Part shown: positions 1-6,602 of the stretch, piece after piece
Layout: every line of letters begins with the position of its first letter
Position numbering within the stretch: the first letter of the stretch is position 1
Assembly: GCA_937949615.1 (NCBI GenBank)
Contig: CALEDQ010000018.1
Location: 1 to 12,160, forward strand
DNA: 12,160 nt
Direction of reading: 5' to 3'
Source: an uncultured bacterium
GTDB lineage: Bacteria > Muiribacteriota > Ozemobacteria > Ozemobacterales > Ozemobacteraceae
Translations under genes and position numbers: made by a program
Notes under the pieces: model-generated
The model's input: the letters and a program-made list of their open reading frames with translations, nothing else
Database searches by the model: none
Told to the model about the DNA's origin: nothing

Positions 1-487
1 GCAGGACTTCGCCAGTGGCCGGATTGATAATTGCAACGGTCTGGCCGCAGTAATCAACGAACATTTTGTCGCCGGCCTTATGGATCTGGCGCATGCTGAT
101 ATCGACAGTTCCACTGAATTTTCGATACAGGTCGCAGAAATACGGGTAGCTCAGGCCGTCTGGCTCAGAGGCTTTGTATTCTTCCCAGAGAACCTGAAGA
201 GTGACACGATCTTTTCTATGTTCAAGATGGATCGTTTTCCAGTCGGGTATTGGGCGGCCTGCAGAAGCTCCGGGAGATTTGAAAAGCCTGTTTTCAAGAT
301 CGTCTTCAGTGATAGATTCTGCGATTTCAAGTGTGATGCCGGCATCTTTGGCTCGGGAGAGATATTCCTGAACAGTCGTGCGTCCTATCTTTAGAATACC
401 GGCTATGGCACGTGGGCTTAAGCCCTTGGACTGGCTTAAGCGAAGGACTTCTTTGATTTTTCTCATGCTGATATGCTTTCTGGACAT
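1..487 (-). CDS. istA: IS21-family transposase IstA, N-terminal ~162 aa only; the gene continues beyond the left edge of the window, so it is absent from the supplied ORF track (no stop in window)
   Basis: Manual translation of the minus strand from the ATG at 487 gives MSRKHISMRKIKEVLRLSQSKGLSPRAIAGILKIGRTTVQEYLSRAKDAGI... (HTH), then ...LWEEYKASEPDGLSYPYFCDLYRKF...MRQIHKAGDKMFVDYCGQTVAIINPATGEV. This matches the conserved IS21 IstA N-terminal HTH and the 'MRQ.H.AG.K.FVDY.GQT' block. An AAGGAGA RBS lies about 12 nt upstream of the ATG. The frame is open to position 1. Confidence 0.85.
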   Translation of the reverse strand, partial: MSRKHISMRKIKEVLRLSQSKGLSPRAIAGILKIGRTTVQEYLSRAKDAGITLEIAESITEDDLENRLFKSPGASAGRPIPDWKTIHLEHRKDRVTLQVLWEEYKASEPDGLSYPYFCDLYRKFSGTVDISMRQIHKAGDKMFVDYCGQTVAIINPATGEVL

Positions 488-540
488 TATTCCGGCAGTC
501 TCCTTGATCAGATAACTGATATGTCGGAATAAAGTGCCTG

Positions 541-728
541 TTACGGTTGTAATTCAGTCCAGTAAAGCGTTCTGATGAATCCGGCCACCCATTCTTGTCA
601 TTCCGGCCATCTATTCTGATAAACGGCCACCTGGTGGCCGGATTATTTCAGAAAAGGGTGCCGGATTAAATCAGAACAGGTGGCCGCTTAATTTCAGAAT
701 GAGGGGCCGGATATTTCAAGAATTCACA
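541..728. repeat. IS21-like end region with subterminal repeat array and interrupted palindrome
   Basis: Motif TTCTGA-N4-6-(A)TCCGGCC occurs in plus orientation at 570-587 and 614-631, and in minus orientation at 636-655, 658-678 and 703-722. An interrupted palindrome cggccacc-t-ggtggccg (8+1+8) lies at 624-640. The terminal 24 bp at 705-728 are repeated elsewhere in the window (3001-3043, 4087-4195). Confidence 0.55.
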
Positions 729-751
729 TTCTTCAGTGGCGAGCATGGGAT

Positions 752-2197
752 TTGCTGGTAAAAGGGAAGGAAACTGAAGCCGTCGATGCAATGTTTGATC
801 TCTGGAAAATGGGTCAGAGCCTCGATTCTGGCTATTCGCCTGTTTATCTGAATATTAGCTGTAATATTCGTCAATCGGTTCTTGATACTTTGAGTGATGC
901 GATTGATCTGGAGGGCATGGATGAGGCGGTGATTCGCAAGATTCATGACCATTTCAAAAATGTAGATATAGATGTCTTTGATCGCGGCCGATGGATGCGT
1001 CAGGTAATTCGTGGTCATCTTTATCAGTTGCGTTGCCAAATCGATTATTTGAAAAAACTGCCCGAAGCTGAGAGAAAAGAAAAAGTCGCAAAAGAACTTA
1101 AAGACTGGCTAGATCTTGCGGAATCCGAGGAAGAGAAAGCTACAACCAGAAAAGTATTCAATCGAAAGCTGGATTTCCTGCTCAGTAAAGATTCTGACAA
1201 ACGTATTTTACAGCTCAAAAAAACTTTGGAAAAAGCAGCTGATTTATTCGATCTGGAATTTAAGCTTTCCGAAAAACTTCCTGCTCTCTGGGGTGAAGAT
1301 AATGACTATTATCCATTTCATATCGAAGTATTGGGAAGCGAATTATTTAAGAATAACAATTACTCTGCATCAATAGCTCGTAGCTTTCTTGTCTTCCTGA
1401 AATGGGATTGGGAAAAGCTTCTGGAAAGTATAAAGTTGAATCATGAGTGGCAAAACTGGCAAAAGAATGTTCTCGAAGGAAAAGATTTAAGCCCTGCCGA
1501 AAAGCTTCTTAGACAATGGGCGGGGGGAGATAAAAAAGCCTTCAAAGAGCTTGAGAAGCTTGCCGGGAAAAACGACCGAGACGCCACGGAGATTCTTGCG
1601 ACCCTGTATTGGGAGGGCAAAAAGGTGCCAGAAGACTTGCAAAAGGCATTAGCTCTGTTTAAAGAGACAGCCGCATCGGGAAGTGTTTATTCTCAAATTA
1701 AAGCGGGAGATATCATAGCCAGAGAACCAGAGGCAATGGAAGAGGCCATGAAATACTATAAGTTGGCATCTTTGAAAGACCCGGTTATCTGTGACCAGGT
1801 TTTGAAGTATTTCTTGAAAAATGATCCAGAAGATAAGTCTGGAAAAGCTTTGGAATTGGCTAAAAAAGCATCTCTTTTTGGCTGGAAACTTCCTCAAATG
1901 ATTCTTGGATGCGCTCTTGCGGAAGGCAAGGGTATCTCAAAAGACCAGGTTGAGGCAATGAAATGGTTTATTTCATGTGAAAGCTTTGCCAAAATGGAAA
2001 AAGGATATTACCCGGATTTTTTGTATGAAAAGTGGGATAAGCTCACAGAAGAATTACTGATGAATATGTCGAAAAAAGATCTACTTGAAGCCCGCCGCAG
2101 GGAATACGCCTTTGAGAAAGCTAAAACTGGTGTTGGCATCAATGATGGTAGTATGCAAAGGTATTACAGAATTCTTCTGGTAGGGACTATAAAGTAG
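752..2197 (+). CDS. Hypothetical protein: ~260-aa unrecognised alpha-helical N-terminal domain plus C-terminal Sel1-like (TPR-family) repeats. Start uncertain (TTG 752 or ATG 791); may be 5'-truncated by the IS insertion.
   Basis: Long ORF of 481 aa. The C-terminal third shows Sel1-like repeat signatures (…DATEILATLYWEGKKVPEDLQKALALFKETAASG…, …AMEEAMKYYKLASLKDP…, …GKALELAKKASLFGWKLPQMILGCALAEGKGISKDQVEAMKWFISCE…). The frame is open back to 692 and abuts the IS end at 728. There is no convincing RBS before either candidate start. Confidence 0.6.
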   Translation: MLVKGKETEAVDAMFDLWKMGQSLDSGYSPVYLNISCNIRQSVLDTLSDAIDLEGMDEAVIRKIHDHFKNVDIDVFDRGRWMRQVIRGHLYQLRCQIDYLKKLPEAERKEKVAKELKDWLDLAESEEEKATTRKVFNRKLDFLLSKDSDKRILQLKKTLEKAADLFDLEFKLSEKLPALWGEDNDYYPFHIEVLGSELFKNNNYSASIARSFLVFLKWDWEKLLESIKLNHEWQNWQKNVLEGKDLSPAEKLLRQWAGGDKKAFKELEKLAGKNDRDATEILATLYWEGKKVPEDLQKALALFKETAASGSVYSQIKAGDIIAREPEAMEEAMKYYKLASLKDPVICDQVLKYFLKNDPEDKSGKALELAKKASLFGWKLPQMILGCALAEGKGISKDQVEAMKWFISCESFAKMEKGYYPDFLYEKWDKLTEELLMNMSKKDLLEARRREYAFEKAKTGVGINDGSMQRYYRILLVGTIK

Positions 2198-2302
2198 CAT
2201 TCCAGGTATTAACGACCCCTCAAAATCTGAGTCTGGTTTTGAGAGGGAGCTAAAAACCGGACGTGGATACGTTCCATGTTGGGCCGCCTCCACGGTTTGA
2301 AA

Positions 2303-2345
2303 ACTCGTCCGCTTTGCAAAAAAAGCGGGCGAGTTTTCTGCTTTT
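2303..2345 (+). terminator. Rho-independent terminator downstream of the 752-2197 gene
   Basis: A 10-bp stem (actcgtccgc / gcgggcgagt, one G-U pair) flanks a 12-nt A-rich loop, followed by TTTTCTGCTTTT. Confidence 0.5.
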
Positions 2346-2376
2346 AGAGGTGATTTGATAGAATATAGCTGAAGTT

Positions 2377-3000
2377 GTGGGAAAAGTGATGACAGAAACG
2401 ATTCGGAAAAACAGCAACCGGTTGCAGGGTTACGATTATTCGCAACCCGGTGCCTATTTTGCGACCATATGTGCCTGCAATCGGCAGAATCTGTTCGGAG
2501 AAGTCGTCAACGACCGAATGGAATTGAACGCTGCCGGCATTTTCGCCAGGCAATGCTGGCAGGAAATTCCGCAACATTTTCCCGGCGTTGTATTGGATGA
2601 ATTTGTGATAATGCCGAACCATGTTCACGGGATAATCATTATAAATAACGATAAAAATGGATCCGTAGGGGTTCAGCATGTTGAACCCCTACATGAATCC
2701 CCACATGAAACCCTGCGGTTAAATGGGTTTCAATCGATTGTTTGCGGTTCGCTGGGTTCAATCATTCGCGGTTTCAAATCGGCCGTCACCAGATGGTTTC
2801 ATGCCAACACCCAGATCAAAACCGTCTGGCAGCGCAATTTTTATGATCACGTTGTGCGCGATGAATCAGAAATGAATCGCATCAGAATGTACATCCGGCA
2901 AAATCCGATCAATTGGGAACATGACCGTCAGAATCAGCAATTCATCGGCAGGGTCACTGACCCTGTGGCATTATACAGTTTCGAAACCTGGATGATTTAA
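2377..3000 (+). CDS. IS200/IS605-like Y1 HUH transposase, RAYT-like (PF01797-type). Stand-alone, with no tnpB partner; probable ATG start at 2389.
   Basis: HUH motif in ...FVIMPNHVHGIII... and catalytic-Tyr block ...WQRNFYDHVVRDESEMNRIRMYIRQNPINW... The N-terminal ...RLQGYDYSQPGAYFATIC... is typical of the REP-associated tyrosine transposase / IS200-like family. The protein is 204-207 aa, longer than a canonical IS200 TnpA. Confidence 0.8.
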   Translation: MGKVMTETIRKNSNRLQGYDYSQPGAYFATICACNRQNLFGEVVNDRMELNAAGIFARQCWQEIPQHFPGVVLDEFVIMPNHVHGIIIINNDKNGSVGVQHVEPLHESPHETLRLNGFQSIVCGSLGSIIRGFKSAVTRWFHANTQIKTVWQRNFYDHVVRDESEMNRIRMYIRQNPINWEHDRQNQQFIGRVTDPVALYSFETWMI

Positions 3001-3043
3001 TGAGTATTCTTGAAAATCCGGCCACTTTAAGAAGTTCTTGGCA
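3001..3043 (+). repeat. Solo copy of the IS21-like terminus (TGAGTATTCTTGAAAATCCGGCCACTTTAAGAA), inverted relative to the 705-728 copy
   Basis: Matches the reverse complement of 705-728 (ttcttgaaatatccggcc) and 4087-4140. Starts immediately after the stop codon of the Y1 transposase gene. Looks like the 4087-4140 copy with an internal deletion. Confidence 0.45.
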
Positions 3044-3292
3044 TCAAACCACCAAAATCGTTACAATAGCCTTGGTAATTTAGGGTTCAAGATAAGACCC
3101 TTTGTGCCAGAAATTGAGAAGATTTGCAAAAATATGAAGATAAGAGCCTGACGCTTTTTGGCAGCGCTCTTACCGAAGAATTCAACCCGGACAGCAGCGA
3201 TCTTGAAGTGCTAGCCGAAGCCATCGCCGGGCAGAATTTCTCTGAACTCGACTCAAATAAAACGATCCAGCAGAAACTTCGCTATTGTTAAA

Positions 3293-4054
3293 TTAATCCC
3301 TTGTTGAAGAGATCAGAAGATAGGTTATCCAGATCAGAAAGCCGATCATTACGGCCCATTTGAGAATCTCAAAAGCCAAAACCGGTGCCGGAGATTCAAT
3401 ATAGTCTTCTCTGATACGGGTCTGCCTTATTTCATCAGAGATATTGAGCCAGCAATCAAGTTCTCTGGCGGCTTTAAACGCTGCATCGGCATTGTCCTGG
3501 CCGTTTTCAAAGTGCGACAGATAGATCAGATCACCATTGGTCAGAGTCGCAACCAGAGCCGTGTCTTCAGAGGTTTTTGCCGATTGCTTTCTGCCCAGGA
3601 ACCCGGATATCCAGGAGGTAAACAGCAGGTCAAATATCTCTCTGGACGTGACCTCTGCGTTTCTGGTTTTAACCGAAACACCGATTATCAGCTTCAGGTC
3701 CACTATTTGAATGTCTCTGAAGATATTTTCCAGAAACTGGTGTCGAAGAAGAACAAGACTTTTGCGCTTATCCAGAATATAAGAACTTTTAAAGTTGTTT
3801 CTCAGCCAGTTTGATCCGAATAGAAGCAGTGATCCAATAAGTGCCATGATGATTGATGTGAAAGCGCTTATTTCCGGAGGCGGGGCTCCAATAGAACTCC
3901 CCAGGCCGGTATTACTCGCAAAGACCATAAAAAGCATAACAGTGCCGATAACTATTCCCACCCCAAAAACCGAGTGAATGCCAGTGAGTGCTGGGATCAC
4001 AACTGTCTGCGAATCCGGTTTTATGAGGCAGATCGTTACCTTCTTAACAAGCAT
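3293..4054 (-). CDS. Hypothetical membrane protein (two N-terminal TM helices, ~135-aa soluble middle domain, one C-terminal TM helix)
   Basis: 253-aa ORF. Hydrophobic segments are ...VVIPALTGIHSVFGVGIVIGTVMLFMVFA..., ...ISAFTSIIMALIGSLLLFGSNWL... and, C-terminally, ...APVLAFEILKWAVMIGFLIWITYLLIS. No recognisable catalytic motif. The real start could be an internal Met. Confidence 0.5.
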   Translation of the reverse strand: MLVKKVTICLIKPDSQTVVIPALTGIHSVFGVGIVIGTVMLFMVFASNTGLGSSIGAPPPEISAFTSIIMALIGSLLLFGSNWLRNNFKSSYILDKRKSLVLLRHQFLENIFRDIQIVDLKLIIGVSVKTRNAEVTSREIFDLLFTSWISGFLGRKQSAKTSEDTALVATLTNGDLIYLSHFENGQDNADAAFKAARELDCWLNISDEIRQTRIREDYIESPAPVLAFEILKWAVMIGFLIWITYLLISSTRD

Positions 4055-4086
4055 AGGCTGGTTTCCCGGGCAAAAATATAAATAAC

Positions 4087-4195
4087 TGCGTATTCTTAAA
4101 ATCCGGCCGGTCGTTCTGATTTAATCCAGCCACTTTACAAAACGAAATCACGTGCACAGTAAAATTTTACCACAGGTGGCCAGATCAGGTCTCAG
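4087..4195 (+). repeat. Second solo copy of the IS21-like end (terminus plus subterminal repeats), inverted relative to 541-728
   Basis: TGCGTATTCTTAAAATCCGGCCGGTCGTTCTGATTTAATCCAGCCAC aligns with the reverse complement of 658-728 (ttcttgaaatatccggcccctcattctgaaattaagcggccac). ccacaggtggccagatcagg at 4171-4190 resembles the ccacctggtggccggatt palindrome block. No transposase gene lies to its right. Confidence 0.5.
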
Positions 4196-4667
4196 TCTTG
4201 TTTATTCTTTTCTTTCTCATCGAATCTCCCCTTAAATTCAGTCGCCTCGATATTGCAGGAGTGAAAAAACGATTCAAAAACACGGCCGCGGATATGTTCC
4301 TGTTTGAGCCGCTTCCAATGCACAAGTCCTCGCCTAAAACGGAAATTCCTTGATCTTATCAGGCTTTCAGCAGATTTTTATTGATGAATTCTTGTATAAT
4401 TCGTGTTCATCGGCAACTTTGCCAAGAGTGACAAGAAAGATGCTCTGGTGATAATATTTTGCTTACAAAACATCACTGGCAACAACGTCAACAATATATT
4501 TATCGGCAGATAATGATGAACATGCAGGAGAGTCACATTAATTCAGGGAGCACGCCATCCTGAAATTTCAAGAGGCTTTTAAATTCGCGCTTACGATTAG
4601 TAATTTCTTATTGGCCGCTTGATTAAAATCCTGCCGCAATGCGAAATAATGGAGGCTCAGATTGAAT

Positions 4668-5312
4668 ATGAATAGACACTATTATCTAAAAACCTTCCCG
4701 GGCTGGCTGAAAGCCACAGCTGTTCTGGTGATTCTGCTGACATTCACAGCCGCAGCCAGATCCCAGTCGCTTCCTCAGAAGCCATCCGAAGGCTTGTCAC
4801 TGCCTATTGTCGCCCGTGAGGCCTGGCAAAGTGTTCCGGCAGTAACAGATCGAATGTCTGTCCAGGGTAAAATCAAGGGTATCGTCATTCATCACACAGC
4901 GGGAAGAGCCCCTGTTGAAAAGGATGAAGCCATGATTCTTCAAAACATTCAGAGCTTTCATATGACTGACAAAAAATGGGGAGATATTGCTTACCATTAT
5001 CTGATCGCTCCCTCTGGAAAAATATATGAAGGCCGCAATCCATTGTATCTCGGTGATTCTGGAACCAGATATGATACCAACGGCTACCTGATGATTTGCT
5101 TTCTGGGCACTTACGACAAGCATTTACCCAGTCCACAGGCCAGGTATTCGCTGAAAAAAATCATCAAAAACAAGCTGGCAGAATATTCTCTTGTTGCAGA
5201 TAATGTCTGCTGCCATCGGGATCTGGCGCAAACAGACTGTCCGGGCAATGCGCTTTATGCCTGGGCAAAGTTACAGCGGTGGTCTGAGAAAATTGGTCAA
5301 GCTGATAAGTGA
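4668..5312 (+). CDS. Secreted N-acetylmuramoyl-L-alanine amidase, Amidase_2 / PGRP family
   Basis: GGAGG RBS 9 nt upstream of the ATG at 4668 (the track's TTG at 4662 is in frame just upstream). Signal peptide MNRHYYLKTFPGWLKATAVLVILLTFTAAA. Amidase_2 signatures are ...GIVIHHTAG..., ...KKWGDIAYHYLIAPSGKIYEGR... and the C-terminal ...CCHRDLAQTDCPGNALY (Zn-ligand His/His/Cys pattern). Confidence 0.8.
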   Translation: MNRHYYLKTFPGWLKATAVLVILLTFTAAARSQSLPQKPSEGLSLPIVAREAWQSVPAVTDRMSVQGKIKGIVIHHTAGRAPVEKDEAMILQNIQSFHMTDKKWGDIAYHYLIAPSGKIYEGRNPLYLGDSGTRYDTNGYLMICFLGTYDKHLPSPQARYSLKKIIKNKLAEYSLVADNVCCHRDLAQTDCPGNALYAWAKLQRWSEKIGQADK

Positions 5313-5448
5313 TGCAGGAATTGAATCGGCGGCCAAAAAGTCTCAACCGGTTTTGCTGTGAGCAGTTGAATCTTGCCAAGATCAAATGAAAGCCCGGCTG
5401 AATCGGACGGGAAAATAACCCGAAATGGGCCGCCGTTACCAATGCGCA

Positions 5449-5473
5449 AATCCTTGTCTGATACAGGGATTTC
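5449..5473. terminator. Possible hairpin terminator shared by the convergent amidase gene (+) and the 5473-5853 gene (-)
   Basis: aaatccttgtc-tga-tacagggattt is an 8-bp stem with one G-U pair. It lies immediately after the minus-strand gene's stop and is followed on the plus strand by the T-rich ttctaatcgctattt. Weak. Confidence 0.3.
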
Positions 5474-5853
5474 TAATCGCTATTTGTCTTTATGTACTGA
5501 GGGTAAAAAAATCCAGCTTCATCAATTCTTTTTGCGAGTTCTGGGTATTTCTGTTCCAGAAAAGCATATCTTCCTTTTTTGTAAGGCCTGAGCTGGGCAA
5601 CTTCAAAAACCAGAGCCGCATGCTGAGAAACCTTGGGATATTTGCTGGTACATAAGGTTTTAAGTCTCACTGTATCTTTATGTGAGACGCGCGTCTGCAT
5701 GAAAATTTTAAAAATTTCATCTAATTGATCACGCTCTTCAGTTCTTTGATTAGGTAAGACGTTACATTTTTTGCAAGTGTGCAAAGAGTGGCTTTTTTCA
5801 GTAAAAGCCGACTCTGGTCTTGGTTGGCTGCAAATTCTACAGATGTATTCCAT
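5473..5853 (-). CDS. Hypothetical zinc-ribbon protein (C-x2-C-x18-C-x2-C at the N-terminus)
   Basis: 126-aa ORF MEYICRICSQPRPESAFTEKSHSLHTCKKCN... There is an AGGA ~12 nt upstream of the ATG. It is transcribed divergently from the 6079 gene. Confidence 0.5.
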   Translation of the reverse strand: MEYICRICSQPRPESAFTEKSHSLHTCKKCNVLPNQRTEERDQLDEIFKIFMQTRVSHKDTVRLKTLCTSKYPKVSQHAALVFEVAQLRPYKKGRYAFLEQKYPELAKRIDEAGFFYPQYIKTNSD

Positions 5854-6033
5854 TGCTTAAATTCCTGTTTTTATTACTCGCGGGACATTTGATTCCTGCT
5901 GCAAGCGGAATCATTTTTACAAGCCGCAAAAAATTGCTGTGCAGCTGGTAATATAGATATGTTTAGACTTATAGACAACAAAAACGTTTTATGACCACTT
6001 TTATGGCCAGCGTAACTGCAAATGAAGGTTTTC

Positions 6034-6042
6034 TGGTATGAT
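6034..6042 (+). promoter_or_regulatory. Candidate extended -10 element (TGgTATGAT) for the 6079-6579 gene
   Basis: TGGTATGAT lies 37 nt upstream of the ATG at 6079, with an AGAGGG RBS in between. The -35 is poor (ctgcaa). Confidence 0.25.
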
Positions 6043-6078
6043 GAAAAAATCGTCCGATTTTGGAAAGAGGGCTTGAGC

Positions 6079-6579
6079 ATGAAAATTCGAGTGTTCTCAC
6101 TGGTTTTGACGCTATGTTTCCTGGTAACCGCAGCCTGGGCAAGCTTCTGTTCGAATTGCGGGGAAAAAGCCCGTGAAAGCGACAAGTTCTGCGCGCAGTG
6201 CGGCAAAAAGCTCGTCTCCGAAGCAACTGTCCCGACGAAGGTTCAACCACTTCCTCCTCAAGCGAAGATCAGCAAGATTCCCGTCATAGTTCCGGCCACC
6301 CGAAGGGGAACCAGGGCCAGCCCATTCATCGTACGAACAAAATACCTGAGCATCAACGGCCGGCTTGTTTTCCAGGGCCATGTTTTTTTCATTGCCGACA
6401 TTGTTGGTGAACAAGCCCGCATCTGGTCATGTGACGGCCCGTTTCGCCCCGAACTTCTGATGGGTTGGGTCACCCTCGATGAACTCGAGAAACGATCGAC
6501 CTTCCGGCGGTCTGGAACGGTCTATACCATTGAGCCCTCAATACAATCGAATCCGAAACATAAACCGCATCATCACTGA
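6079..6579 (+). CDS. Secreted/membrane-anchored zinc-ribbon protein (signal peptide, then C-x2-C-x10-C-x2-C, a Pro-rich linker and an unknown C-terminal domain)
   Basis: AGAGGG RBS precedes MKIRVFSLVLTLCFLVTAAWA (AxA cleavage-like site), then SFCSNCGEKARESDKFCAQCGKKL, then ...TVPTKVQPLPPQ... The track's longer ORF (from 6022) adds 19 aa before the hydrophobic segment and has no RBS. Confidence 0.55.
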   Translation: MKIRVFSLVLTLCFLVTAAWASFCSNCGEKARESDKFCAQCGKKLVSEATVPTKVQPLPPQAKISKIPVIVPATRRGTRASPFIVRTKYLSINGRLVFQGHVFFIADIVGEQARIWSCDGPFRPELLMGWVTLDELEKRSTFRRSGTVYTIEPSIQSNPKHKPHHH

Positions 6580-6602
6580 GGTGAGCTTCAAGATTCAACA
6601 AT

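Larger units (their letters stand above)
1..728 (-). mobile_element. Partial IS21-family insertion sequence (left end plus 5' part of istA); the remainder lies off-window to the left
   Basis: The istA fragment sits next to a ~240-bp end region with repeated subterminal motifs. The putative terminus (minus-strand reading) is TGTGAATTCTTGAAATATCCGGCC, ending near 728. Confidence 0.7.

Noticed and set aside
80-394. Plus-strand ORFs of 104 aa and 64 aa (80-394 and 151-345) in the track
   Set aside because: They lie antisense to, or out of frame within, the clearly recognisable IS21 istA reading frame. No start context and no family resemblance. Treated as frame shadows.
3079-3291. Small plus-strand ORF (TTG 3115 to TAA 3291, about 59 aa; ...LTLFGSALTEEFNPDSSDLEVLAEAIAGQNFSELDSNK...) ending 1 nt before the membrane-protein ORF
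   Set aside because: No ATG start and no RBS; it is below the ORF-track threshold. The faint resemblance to antitoxin-like acidic helices is too weak to call. It could equally be a 3' remnant of a gene disrupted at the 3001-3043 IS-end copy.
4393-4400. Perfect TATAAT hexamer preceded by TG (tgtataat) about 270 nt upstream of the amidase gene
   Set aside because: No acceptable -35 at 16-18 bp spacing (TTGATG sits only 8 nt upstream), and it lies far from any start codon. It is an isolated hexamer in an AT-rich spacer, so it is not reported as a promoter.
5373-5655. Track ORFs 5373-5591 (72 aa) and 5425-5655 (76 aa)
   Set aside because: They overlap the 3' end of the better-supported minus-strand zinc-ribbon gene. 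They have no RBS, and their low-complexity hydrophobic translations suggest spurious ORFs.
6022-6078. Longer start (ATG 6022) for the secreted zinc-ribbon protein
   Set aside because: It adds a 19-aa hydrophilic extension before the hydrophobic core and has no RBS. The ATG at 6079 has an AGAGGG RBS and gives a canonical signal peptide.
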